Shown: in pieces, positions 24,406 to 37,221 of the stretch
Layout: each line of letters begins with the position of its first letter
Position numbering within the stretch: position 1 is the first letter of the stretch
Assembly: GCF_006345805.1 (NCBI RefSeq)
Contig: NC_043008.1
Span: 49,662,001-49,726,000 of the forward strand
Origin: Octopus sinensis
Taxonomy: Eukaryota
Direction of reading: 5' to 3'
Length of the DNA stretch: 64,000 bases
Program-made: the position numbers and the translations under genes
The notes under the pieces: generated by a model
The model's database searches: none
What the model saw: only the letters and a program-made list of their open reading frames with translations
What the model was told of the DNA's origin: nothing

Positions 24406-25544
24406 TATTTCTATAAAATAATTTCTCATAGCAGACGATAAAAAACCCCCTATCAGATCGTGTATTACGATCGGGAAGCAATAACGGTCTAAGGGAGGTA
24501 ATTAATATTAAAGTAGCAACAAGAGTTATTTACCTTTGACCGTATTTTTACTTCGCCTGCATAGAATTTCATTTCCAGATTATTTTTTTTAACTTTAAAA
24601 TGAAATCAATCAAAAAGTTTGGGTTATTTGAGTGAGTTGACATTCCTTACGCTAACTTCTTAATTTTCTTTTGGGGGTGGGGTGAAATATAACCCAAAAT
24701 GTTTATGCAAAATAGCCTAGTTACATCAAATTAAAACCGAAATAACTACCAGTTATTTTTGGCAACATAGAGCAACGTGAATCCAAAGGCGCAGTATTCA
24801 ACGATACGATAATACTAATACTAATAAGGAACAGTGAAAACCTTCTAATGTAGTCCTAGATGTATTAGGGCAGAAAAGGATGTATCAATGAAGGCATGAA
24901 AGGCTCCCATCATCCATCTACTGGATCGATGTTGTCCTGGGGTTAAACTCACACCAACAAAAGTCAATGGCTGAGCATCACAATTAGTGTTCGATTTGGT
25001 AGAAAAAGCAGTCAAATCCCTTTCCGATCACATTATATAGTCCTGTAAAAAAAAAAAAAAAGGACATATTAGATAATGAAGCTACAATTATTGTAAAACG
25101 CTCTTAGGCCGAATAGTTAAAAAGCTTGGTTCGCAATCACAAGATCCTGAGTTCTATCCCACTGCGTAGCATTTTAGACAAGCGCCCTCTGTTTGGTCGG
25201 CCCAAGCGTTGTAAGTGGAAACACACACACACGACGGGCTTCTTTCAGTTTCCGCCTTCTAAATTCATTCACAAGAGCTAAAACAGTGTCGTTAAGCTGA
25301 GGGAAAAATTATTTTCCATACATTTAGCTGTTGTTTCTAGCATATCATGTGTCCTGGTAAGGCCTTGATATGTTTCGTCTGCTTTTTCTGGAGAAATCTA
25401 CGCATGCGCAGACGACCATATTCAACAAGCAGGACATTCGGAGTTTTGAGGTTTTGGAAAGCGAGGGGCGGAGGGGAAAGGTTGGATGTTTTATAAGAAA
25501 ATTTGAGAATTGAAAATGAAAATATTTTTCCAGTTTCGAATGTG

Positions 25545-25546
25545 TG

Positions 25547-25603
<57 letters not shown>

Positions 25604-25720
25604 GAGACAGGGAGAGAGAGAGAATAAGAGAAATGGAAAGAGAGTGAAAGAGACAGAGAGACAGGGAACGTGAGAGGGAGAGTGATAGAGAGAGGAGAGA
25701 GACCGAGAGACAGGGAGAGA
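25545..25720. repeat. (GA)n and GA-rich tract
   Basis: Directly visible; a related tract lies at 27000-27215. Confidence 0.9.
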
Positions 25721-26206
25721 GAATTTTTAACCTCTCAGTTAACGCATGCGCATTAGTGAATTAGTTATCGTCTGCTCAGTGAAAACTTTTAAAATGTCCA
25801 ACAAGAGAAGATGTAAATCCAGCAAATGAAAGGTAAAGTGTTTTTATATTTGTTTTCAAATCACCGTATTAGGGTTTATTGAAATTTTACCAACGTAATG
25901 GTAAAAATGGTTTCCACCTGTTCGTCGCCTTAAAAGATAAAAATATTGTTTTCCACTCTAGACACAAGGCCCGAAATTTTAGGAGAGGAGGCCAATGGAG
26001 TTAGATGGACCCCAGTATACAACTGGTACTTAATTTATCGAAGCCGAAAAGGACGAAAGGCAAAGTCGACCTCGGCGGAATTTGAACTCAGAACGTAGCG
26101 GCAGACGAAATACCGCTAAGCATTTCGCCCGGCGTGCTAACCATTCTGCCAGCTCCTCGCCGCCCTTGGTGTATAGAATAATTAAAATAAGAAAATTGTA
26201 CAATAA

Positions 26207-26612
26207 ACTAGCAGTATCGCCCGGCGTTGTTCGGGTTTATTTCGACCCTTTAGAATTGGAATTTTTGAAAAGTAAAAATTTTGCGTTATGCAGGTTGTTA
26301 TTCTCTTTAAGTGAACATTTTTCTGGTTGAAATACACCGAAAAATGGCGACACAGCAGTGAAAAAAACCCAAAAAACTTTAAAATAGGGATTTTCATAGA
26401 AAAAAAGCATTTTTTTTTATGTAAATACTTTTTGGTGTTAACATGGTCCGATTTGAATTTTTTTCTTTTATGGAATGAAGAGCAAGCCTTCTTCTATCAT
26501 ACTCTCAATTTTGGTCAACTTGCGCCACAGGGTCTCGGAGGAGATAGTGTTAGTTGAAGGCTACCAAACCTGCCATACACAGACAACTTCAGCTTTATAT
26601 AGAGAGAGATGT
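26207..26612 (+). mobile_element. Non-autonomous Helitron-like element (Lep1/DINE-1-like architecture)
   Basis: Starts actagcagtatcgcccggcgttg.tcggg and ends acacagacaacttcagctttatatagagagagat. The assignment comes from recalled architecture only. Confidence 0.45.
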
Positions 26613-26796
26613 ATCAAATGCCGTAGAATGGAGACAGAAACGGTTTGAACATGGAAGAAACTCACTGGCAACTTTTTGCTTCATTATTTTCATGCGAAAA
26701 GAGATATTTTCCATGGGAAATTAAACATCATTTGAAAGTTGTGGGTGTGACCTTTCTTCTCATATCGCTTTAATAAAAACCCAACTGTTACATATA

Positions 26797-26965
26797 TGGA
26801 TGGAAGCACTCCGTCGGTTGCGACGACGAGGGTTCCTGTTGATCCGATCAGCGGAACAGCCTGCTCGTGAAATTAACGTGTAAGTGGCTGAGCACTCCAC
26901 AGACACGTAGTTCTCGGGGATATTCAGCGTGACACAGAGAGTGACAAGGCCGGCCCCTTGAAATG
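26797..26965 (+). repeat. Third interspersed repeat family (ggatggaagcactccgtcgg...); diverged copy at ~490-680 (-)
   Basis: 26800-26960 aligns with the reverse complement of 510-680. Confidence 0.65.
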
Positions 26966-27604
26966 GAGTCGAGAGAAACAGCCGACCTCTGGCGAAATAA
27001 AGGAAGAGAGATGAGAAAGAATAAGAAGGAGAATGTGTGTATGAGAGAGAGAAGGAGGAGAGAGAGAAAGATAGGGAAAGAATGAGAGAAAACGAGAGAC
27101 AGAGAGAGAGAGAGAGAATAAGAGAAATGGAAAGAGAGTGAAAGAGCAGAGAGACAGGGAACGTGAGAGGGAGAGTGATAGAGAGAGGAGAGAGACCGAG
27201 AGACAGGGAGAGAGAATTTTTAACCTCTCAGTTAACGCATGCGCATTAGTGAATTAGTTATCGTCTGCTCAGTGAAAACTTTTAAAATGTCCAACAAGAG
27301 AAGATGTAAATCCAGCAAATGAAAGGTAAAGTGTTTTTATATTTGCTTTCAAATCACCGTATTAAGGTTTATTGAAATTTTACCAACGTAATGGTAAAAA
27401 TGGTTTCCACCTGTTCGTCGCCTTAAAAGATAAAAATATTGTTTTCCACTCTAGACACAAGACCCGAAATTTTAGGAGAGGAGGCCAATGGAGTTAGATG
27501 GACGCCAGTATACAACTGGTACTTAATTTATCGAAGCCGAAAAGGACGAAAGGCAAAGTCGACCTCGGCGGAATTTTTACTCAGAACCTAATGACAGACG
27601 AAAT

Positions 27605-27840
27605 ACCTATTTCTTTACTACCCACAAGGGGCTAAACATAGAGGGGACAAACAAGGACAGACGAACGGATCAAGTCGATTATATCGATCCCAGGGCGTAA
27701 CTGGTACTTATTTAATCGACCCCGAAAGGATGAAAGGCAAAGTCGACCTCGGCGGAATTTGAACTCAGAACGTAGCGGCAGACGAAATACCGCTAAGCAT
27801 TTCGCCCGGCGTGCTAACCATTCTGTCAACCTCGCCGCCT
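27605..27840 (-). mobile_element. SINE family B copy, young, inserted in another family B copy
   Basis: Reverse complement matches 33060-33290 and is CpG-rich. Confidence 0.85.
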
Positions 27841-27924
27841 TAAAAGATATAAATGTTAATATACAAACACATGTACAGACATATGTATTGAATGCCGTAG
27901 AATGGAGAGAAGCATAGAAAAAAC

Positions 27925-28149
27925 GGTACTACTTAAGAAGAGTGGTCCCGGTGCGCACACTCGCGTACTAGCGCATCCGCGCTAGCTAGTCGTGACTAGT
28001 CGATCCTTACTTTGTGTTTTTTGTGTTTTATTTATTTTGTTGCGAAAAGATCCAAAAAAATTATTCATTTTGTGTTTTATTTACTTTGCTAGGTATCTAG
28101 CGTGGATGCGCGTGTGCGCGCAACGGGACCACTCTTCATAAGTAGTACC
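27925..28149. mobile_element. MITE with ~40-bp GGTACTACTT TIRs (copy 1)
   Basis: The left end ggtactacttaagaagagtggtcccggtgcgcacac is the near-perfect reverse complement of the right end. Confidence 0.8.
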
Positions 28150-28160
28150 GTAGATATATG

Positions 28161-28467
28161 GGTACTACTTGAGAACAGCGGCCCGCGTGCGCGCACTCGC
28201 GTACTCGCGCATCCGCGCAAGCTAGTCATGACTAACGATCCTTACTTTGTGTTTTTCTATGTTACCATTTACTTTGTTTAAAAAATTATTTTGTGTTTTT
28301 GTGTTTTATTTACTTTGTTGAACAAAAATTATTTGCTTTGTGTAAAAAAAATTATCCATTTTCTGTTTTATTTACCTTGCTAGGTAGTCGTTGTAGCATC
28401 GACTAGTCACGACTAGCTAGCGCGTACGCGAATGCGCGCACTGGGACCATTGTTCTCAAGTAGTACC
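28161..28467. mobile_element. MITE with GGTACTACTT TIRs (copy 2, related)
   Basis: ggtactacttgagaac...gttctcaagtagtacc; internal sequence is similar to copy 1. Confidence 0.8.
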
Positions 28468-28967
28468 CCAACCCCAGTCCTCAAGCAGAGGTGGGGGTGA
28501 CAAGCACAGACAGATACACACACACACATACACACAAACACACACGACGGTCTTCTTTCAGTTTTCGCCTTCTAAATTCATTCACAAGGGCTAAAACAAA
28601 GTGTCGTTAAGCCGAGGAAACAATCTTTTCCATACATTTAGCTGTTATTTCTAGCATATCGTGTTTTCTGGTAAGGCCTTGATATGTTTTCGTCTGCTGT
28701 TTCTGGAGAAATCTACGCATGTGCAGACGACCATATTCAATAAGCAGGACATTCGGAGTTTTGAGGTTTTGGGTCTAGCTCTACTGCAGGTTCCCGCCAC
28801 AGTTAGAGATCAGCACTTCTTTACACAGATGTCCTTGTCCATATGGATGTTTTATGAGAATTGAGAATTGAAAATGAAAATTTTTTTCCAGTTTCATAAT
28901 CTCCGTATTTTTCCACATGGAGTAGAGAGAAACAGCCGACCTCCGGCGAAATAAAAGGAGAGAGATC

Positions 28968-30410
28968 AGCTTCTGTCACATTCCAGGGAGAAAAACTTGA
29001 AGTAGTTGATGGCTTCTGTAACTTAATGGACTAAGTCAGTAGCAGGGGTGGATGCTCTGAAAGTGTAGCTGCTAGAATAAGAATAGCCTGAGCAAAGTTC
29101 AGAGAGATCCTACCTCTGCTGGTGACTTGGTCCCCTAGGTAACGGAAGCTATCAACTACTTGTAGTTTTTTCTCCCTGGAATGTGACAGAAGCTGTTCTC
29201 TGCACATTTTCAGTGTTTATAGCATCTGAGCATTTGCCACATACAAAAACTATCTTCCCAGTTAGCTTCCCTTTGATATTGCTGCACCTCCTATGTGTCC
29301 AAAGCTTTCACTGGGTACATCTTATGAAGTTTCTACATACACCTTTCTACAGATCGAGCAGGGCCATCTACCTGAAGGGATTTGTGGTTTGTCTGTCTTC
29401 CTACTTATTAAGACTTTGGTTTTAGCTAGGTTGACTCTACATGTCAGTGAAACATGGGCTGTGACTGCTGAGGACATGCATAAACTTGCAAGGAATGAAA
29501 CCAGTATGCTCCTTCTAGATGTGTAATGTCAGCGTGCATACACAACAGAGTGCAAGCATCCTGAGAGAAAAGTTGGATTTAAGAAGCATCAGATGTGGTG
29601 TGCAAGAGAGACGACTGCACTGGTATAGTTATGTGTTGCGAATGAATGAGGACAGATGTGTGAAAAACTGCCACACCCTAGCAGTTTAGGGAACCTGGGG
29701 AAGAGGTAGACCCAGGAAAACCTGGGATGAGGTGGTGAAGCACAACCTTCAAACATTGGGCCTTACTGAGGCAATGATTAGTGATCGGGACCTTTGAGAT
29801 ATGCTGTGCTTGAGAAGACCCAACAAGCCATGTGAGACTATAGCCCATGGCCCATGCCAATGGGTGTAACCAGCCCATTTATGAATACCCCTCATTTATT
29901 GGACATATTGGACAACCTTGCTTGTGAAGACCTATTGAGGCAAATGTCTGGCACTCATGTTAGTGGAACGTTAAAAGTATGTCTGAACATGGGGTGTAAC
30001 CAGCCCACTTATGAGTACCCCTCATTCATTGGTTGCCAGGGCCACGGATTGGCTCCCATGCTGGTGACACATGAAAAGCACCATTTGAGTGTGATCATTG
30101 CCAGTGGCGCACGAAAAACAACTTTCGAGTGTGGTTGTTGCCAGTACTACCGGACTGGCTCCCGTGCAGGTAGCACATAAAAACACCTTTTGAGTGTGAT
30201 TGTTGCCAGAACCGCCTGACTGGCCCTCATGCCGGTGGCATGTAAAAAGCACCCATTACACTGTCAGAGTGGTCGATGTTAGAATGGACATCCAGCTGTA
30301 GAAACTTTGCTAGATCAAATTCAGCCTGGTGCAACCTCTGGTTTGCTAGTCCTCAGTCAAACTGTTCAACCCATGCCAGCATGGAAAGCGGATGTTAAAC
30401 GATGATGATC
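28968..30410 (+). mobile_element. Rearranged RTE LINE with an inverted internal segment (29123-29439)
   Basis: + fragment 28968-29126, - fragment 29123-29439 (PHD region), then + fragment from 29437 to the (GAT)n tail at ~30405. Confidence 0.85.
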
Positions 30411-33005
30411 ATCATCATCCTCATCATTTATCATCTATTGTCCATGCTAGCATGGATTTGATGGTTTGACAAGGGCTGGCAATTTGGAAGGCTACACCAG
30501 ACTCCAGTGTGATTTGGCATTGTTTCTACCGCTGGATGCCCTTCCTAACGCCAACCACTCCAAGAGTGTAATGGATGCTTTTACGTGCCACTGGCATGGG
30601 TGCCATTTGCATGACACCAGTATCTGCCACAAGTGCGATTTTGCTCTGCGTGACATAATGCCAAACGTCTCAGTCATTCCCTCCGTGAGGCCTAACACTC
30701 AAAAGGAGCTCAGTCACTTTGCCTCTGTGAGGCCCAAGGCTCAAAAGGAGCTCAGCCACTTCGCCTCTGTGAGGCCCAATGCTCAAAAGGAGCTCAACCA
30801 CTTTCCCTCCATGTGGCCCAACACTTAGAAGGTGTTTTCTCCATGAGATCCAATGCACAGATGGTGTTCTTTATGTGACACCAGCATCATCCACAACTAC
30901 AATTTCACATGCCTTGACGGATCTTCTCAAGCACAGCATATCACCAAAGGTCTCAGTCACTAGTCATTGCCTCCGTGAGGCTGAAAGTTTGAAGATCATG
31001 CTTCACCACCTCATCTCATGTCTTCTTGGGTCTAGCTCTACCGCAGGTTCCCTCTACAGTTAGAGATCAGCACTTCTTTACACAGCTGTCCTCGTCCATA
31101 TGCATCACATAACCATACCAGCACAGTCGTCTCTCTTGCACACCAATTTGGATGCCTCTTATGCCTAACTTTTCTCTCAGGGTGCTTACACTCTGTTGTG
31201 TATGCACACTGATATTGTATATCCAGCAAAGTATGCTGGCTTAATTTCTTTCAAGCCTATGCATGACCTCAGCTGTCACAGCCCATGTTTTACTGCCATG
31301 TAGCATAGCTGTTCACACACAGGCATCATACAATCTGCCTTTCATTCCAAAAGAGAGGCCTTTTGTTGCCAGCAGAGGTGGGAGCTCTCTGAACTTTACC
31401 CAGCCTAATCTTATTCTCACAGCTATGCTCTTGAGCATCCACCTCTGCTACTAACTTGGTCGCCTAGATAATGGAAGCCATCTTCTACCTGTAGCTCATG
31501 CCCCTGTCAGTTGATGGAGTCTAATTTCTGTACATTTTCAGTGTTTATTGTACCTATGCATCTTCCACATATGAAAGCTATTTTCCCTGTTAACCTTCCT
31601 CAGATATAGCTGCACATTTTATTCATCCAAAGATTTGTGATTTATCTGCCTTCCTACTTTCTAAGACTGTGGTTTTTACTAGGTTAACTCTAAGGCTCTT
31701 TGATTTTAGACCTTGCTTCCATTCTTGGATCTCCTTCTCTAGTTCTGGTAGTGATTCAGCTATAAGAGCAAGGTCATCAGTATAGAGGAGCTCCCAGGGG
31801 CAGTCTGTCTTAAATTCTTGTTATTGCTTGGAGGACTATGATGAACAAGAGGAGGCTGAGGACCAGTCCTTAGTGAACCCCTACTTGTACCCTGAATTCT
31901 TCACTGTACTTGTTGCCAAACCTCACCTAAATGACAGCATCCCTGTACATGGCTTGAACAGCTTTCACCAACCACTCATCTATCCCTTGTTTCCACATTG
32001 ACCACCAGATAAGGGATTGGGGGACCCTGTCAAAGGCTTTCTCTAAGTCAAGAAAAGTCAAGTACAAAGGTTTGTCTTTGGTTATGTATTTGTCTTGCAG
32101 CTGCCTTACTAGAAATATAGCATCAATGGTGCTTCCCCCTGGCACAAAACCAAACTGCATCTCAACTAGACTCTTCCTAATTAGTTGGGCTATGACTCTC
32201 TCCATAACTTTTATCACCTGGTCCAAAAATTTGATACTTCTATAATTATTTCTATCTAAGGCATCACCTTTACCTTTGTAGTAATTGACTACAGTGCTGT
32301 TAATCCTTTGTGAATCACCTGATTTACAATACAGGTGACTAGACCACAACCCACACCACCAGATATTTTAAGCATTTCAGCAGTGATTCCTGGATATAGA
32401 GACAGGGACTTTCCCTGTCTTTATATCCTTAATTGCTTTATCTACCAAGGTACTGTCAATTTGGGTAGCTTCTCCCTCAATTGTGTCAATATTTGACAGG
32501 CTCTCCTCCTCCCATTCATTCTCCATGTTCAGTAGTCTTTCATAATGGCATTTCCAAGCCTCTTTTTTGCAGAATCATTAAATGCAAGTGCACCATCATC
32601 CATGCAGACACATAACATCTCAACTTTCTCTCACACACTGTCTTGCAATCTGAAACACTTCAGTTCATTGGTCCTCACAATGCTGAACATAGACGAACTT
32701 CTTTTCTTGGCTAGATATACTTGTCTCCTAGCTTCCTTTCTGACTATCTGATACAGGTCTCTGCTACCCCAACTCTTCCTGGCCTTCCAGACCTGTTTCT
32801 TTGCTCTAATGGCCTTGCCTACAGCAGTGTTTCACCACACCATGTTACCCTAGGTCTGGAGGGAATTTTGCACCAGCTGCAGATTTGGTTTGTGGCACTC
32901 AGCAAGCTGTCCCGCAGGAATTCCCAGTTGCCTTCTATGTCACAAGTCTGTAGCTCCTCTTCCCACTCATCAAATTTCTCAGTTAGGATGTCCCTAAATC
33001 TCTGA
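30405..33005 (-). mobile_element. RTE LINE, ~2.6 kb degenerate copy (linker, RT, 3' UTR)
   Basis: ORF 31927-32349 has YKGKGD..NYRSI...QFGF...DLEKAFDRVP; it continues through the RT to the shared 3' UTR and tail. Confidence 0.9.
30669..30832. repeat. 42-bp minisatellite, about 4 units, inside an RTE 3' UTR
   Basis: The unit ctcag.cact..cctc.gtgaggccc.a..ctcaaaaggag starts at 30669, 30709, 30751 and 30793. Confidence 0.9.
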
Positions 33006-33059
33006 TCACTCACACACACACATATGAGCAGAATATTATTATTATCATTATTATTATTA

Positions 33060-33290
33060 AGGCGGCGAGCTGGCAGAAATGTTTGCACGCTGGGCAAAAT
33101 GCTTAACGGTATTTCATCTGCTATGTTCTGAGTTCAAATTCCGCCGAGGTCGACTTTGCCTTTCATCCTTTCGGGCTTGATAAATTAATTACCAGTTACG
33201 CACTGGAGTCGATGTAATCGACTTAATCCCTTTGTCTGTCCTTGTTTGTCCCCTCTATGTTTAGCCCCTTGTGGGCAATAAAGAAATAAG
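33060..33290 (+). mobile_element. tRNA-derived SINE family B, full-length copy
   Basis: aggcggcgagctggcagaa...gagttcaaattccgccgaggtcgactttgcctttcatcctttcggg...aaagaaataag. Other copies at approximately 4715-4855(-), 5891-6105(+), 7260-7400(-), 22420-22770(+), 25965-26163(-) and 41655-41852(-). Confidence 0.85.
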
Positions 33291-35377
33291 AGTTATTATT
33301 ATTATATATGAGCAATTATTAAAACAGCAGCAAGCCAGCAGTTTCATTATCCCATCAGACAAAACTTTTAGTGGTATTCTGAGTTCAATTCCTGACAGGA
33401 TCGACTTCATCTTCCATCATTTGGGGGTCAAAATACTATTCAAGTATTGGGGTCAGTATAATCCACTTGTCCCTCACTTCAAAACTTGCTGGCCTTGTGC
33501 AAAAAGTAGAAAGTGTTCTTATTCTGAGCATTTCCCTGGCCTTCACATATCAAAGTTGCTGATATGTAGGACATATTATTTATATGGGATGTAAACATGA
33601 TATTGTGTTTCTTGAAGCAATCTTATGTGAAGATACTTGAAATGTAAACGTTAACACACACACACACACATAGCACATACATGTTATACAATAACCCATA
33701 AGTATTCCCACCGATGCCAGCATGGAATGCAGACATTAAACAATAATGATGTAACATAAATACTGCAATACATTTACAGTAGACAAAACTGAGCAGTATT
33801 TCACTCTGAAATGTATCAAGTATTAGTTTTATTAAATCTTCAGAAACTTTTATTTTTGTTTAAATGTTTTTTTTTAAGGTAGGGTGAGAGAGAATTCATA
33901 ATTTGTCAAAATGGATTACAATAATAAAAGGTTGTGAACCACTGTAGGGAGGGAGAACAAATTAAAATTTTTAATTTTAGAGTCAACTCCCCTTATCTGG
34001 TGTATTTACTGGTGTATATTAAATTTTCTGTAACTGCCCGGTTGGGTAGTTAAAAATCCACCACATAATCACGGTCACCAAGGTTCAATTCCACTGCATG
34101 CCATCTTTGGTAGATTCTTTTTTTATCATAGCTTCATGTTGAATCGAGCTTTGTGAATGAAACTAGGTTGATGGAAACTGTGTGGAAGCTTGTAGAGTGG
34201 ATTGTGCATTTACTTTAAAGCTTTAACCTCATCACACACTTTGTCATGCCAATTCTTTCTTGAGGATTACATTAAGTTATTTGTCTTTGTGCAATACTTG
34301 ATCACGTATGCACTAACTCATTTTTCAATGTGTAAATAGTTCAGTTGATAGAAGTAAATACTCATCGGTGGAACCAGTGAGATTCACATACATCAACAAA
34401 CATAAACTGAAGCATCAGAACCTCACAGTTCTTCTCCATCTGATCAGGGCAATATTCATATCACTATATATATATAAAAATTTTTTTTTATTTACATCTA
34501 TCCATATAACAGCCTTAATAGCTTGCCTTTCATTTTTAAATTTAACTGACCAATTATATCGAAAGTTGGACTTTGGTCAATCCTATTATTGGTAATAGGT
34601 GGTTGGTCTTTATAACATATCAGTAAGTAAATAATTTGTAATTAATTGATGGGCATTTTATTAGGATAAACTATTAATTTGTACTATTAATATCATCTTA
34701 AGAACTATTATGATTACTTCTAAACGTTACGTCACTATCACTCCCACTTTTCCTAGACCTATTGTCGTATTCCATTATTGTAAAGTATTTTACTTTTTTA
34801 TTATTATTTATACACCCTGTTACCCCTAAAGAAAGATTAACCCTCCCATGAATATTTCTAGTTAAGTCATTTACTCAATGTCCTGTAGCGTTACTCTACA
34901 AAATGGTATGATTTAAATATATTAAGCCTTCATTCTTCTTCTCGAGGCTCTTCCTCTTCTCTTTTCTTTTCTTTTCTCTTATGTATTTTTCTTCACTCTG
35001 ATAAAGCTCCATGTTCCAGATCAGATGTTTTACAAAATATGACAAATATTATTCTCAGAATTTGCAATGGCAATACCATAGGACATTGGAAGCAGAAATG
35101 GCTGTCAGATGGGATAAAGTTTTATCTTAAAAAATAATAATCGATATTAGTCAATTGTTGTTGATCAAGATTTCTCCATTTTCTGCTTAATTTAACCTTG
35201 ATACCTGATAAACTAATGTCTATCTTTGTCATTGCCTGTATCCTATGAGCATAATATGCTCACATATGTATGCCTAGGGTTGATATAGGTAATTATACTG
35301 GTAGTAAAATGGATATTTTATCCCTTAGACTGTTATTCCAACCGCTAACTCTACTAATCTTATATATATATGTGTTG

Positions 35378-35413
<36 letters not shown>

Positions 35414-36480
35414 TCACAATATACACAATATATGAATTCAAGTAATCTGGTAGTACTCATAAAAAAAGCATTATTTTGAAGGATTTTTTGCATTTTGCAT
35501 TATGCACAGACATAAGATATTGGAATTTTCTTATTGTTAAATAAAATTTCATCAAATTATTTTTCTGTCAATTATGACTTGATATGTGTAGGGGTGGGAA
35601 TATTTTTGGACTAATGAATATATGTTAGTGTGCTGATGTGTTAAGTAAAGCACTGGCACAGTTTGGGCTACCTATGTGCATGTATGTATATGCATATGCA
35701 TGTGTTTGTTACTTGTGTATATATATATGTATGCAGAATAAGACTGAAGTTTCGATTTTGACTGTATGATATATGAATATAATGACATTATTTGTTGAAT
35801 TAATGTGCTTGCATCTTTCATAAACGTCTGTCTATATATTATGTTATACTATATTATATTAGATTATACTATATTATATTGTACTATATTCTATGTGGTA
35901 TTTTCCATTTACTATGTATTGTGAATAGCAGAATGCACATAATTCAATATTAGTATTATTAATGATAATAATAATATTAATAGTTTTGGTAATGTAATGA
36001 ACATGGTATATGTTCCCATTGATGTGGATGTATATGTATACTCCAGTATATATCTTTGATTATCTGTAACCTTATGTGTATGTATATTATTATCCACCAT
36101 GGGTCATCACAATTGCTTAAGGTAAAAATGAATTCCTCGCTCTTTCGGAAACATCAATCTTCTGTATTGACCGCTTTCCACCACTTTGATCTGTTTTTTG
36201 TATTGAATACGTATCGCCACCGTGGGCCACTGCATCGAACACTTTGAACATATAGCATGAATGAACTTACTTCAAACTATATATCAACTATACATGAACT
36301 CTAAGATGTCTGACTCCGTTGTGTATTATAATGAATTTCTTGTGTTTGACGGCATGAGCTGTCTTTTTTTATATATAATTTTTTTTGATAAGGTTCATTT
36401 CAGGAACTGAAACATGTTATAATGTATATATAAAAATTAAAAATTGTATAATACAGCAGCATTTTCGAACTTCATTTTTT

Positions 36481-36521
<41 letters not shown>

Positions 36522-36525
36522 CACT

Positions 36526-36568
<43 letters not shown>

Positions 36569-36644
36569 TTGTGCATGTAAATTTTGTTTCATATTTATAT
36601 TTGCATTTTTATACTTGTACTTTATAATCTCTGACGAGGCCTTG

Positions 36645-36682
<38 letters not shown>

Positions 36683-37109
36683 AACTCATTTTTAACTGCA
36701 TATTATCTCAATACATCTGACTAATATAGGCAGAATGAGATACCTTTATCTACAGGCTGAAACAGCTGTAAGATCCATTTTATGTGTATTATTCTTATGG
36801 TATTATTATCTTACATATTGATATATATTGTTTTGTTGGATTTGGATGTTCCTATTTATGTAGTTAATAAATAATAGGAATTAGTAATATCTGTAAGTTG
36901 ATGATTGAAATGAATTTGTTCCTCCATTTTCTTATTTGTATTATGAATTTGAGGTAAAATATTTTACCTTCACCCATCTAATGCAATAAATGAATTAATT
37001 GCATTGCAATTATAAGCATTTATGTATTTGGCATTTGGGTGCTTCACCAGCAGTATATTGGATAACTGATATCCCATAGTGGGTTACACTCATAACCCCT
37101 ATCTCACTT

Positions 37110-37149
<40 letters not shown>

Positions 37150-37221
37150 CACACATATAGTTAATCCATATATACATACACACACACATACACACACACA
37201 CACACACACATACACACACAA

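Noticed and set aside
30669-30832. CRISPR-like array
   Set aside because: The units are contiguous tandem repeats without unique spacers, in eukaryotic retroelement DNA.
36380-36690. Penelope-type pseudo-LTR / hammerhead ribozyme (ctgacgag...; ...ctgaaacatg)
   Set aside because: The core motifs are incomplete and interrupted by (TA)n, and no stems could be assembled.
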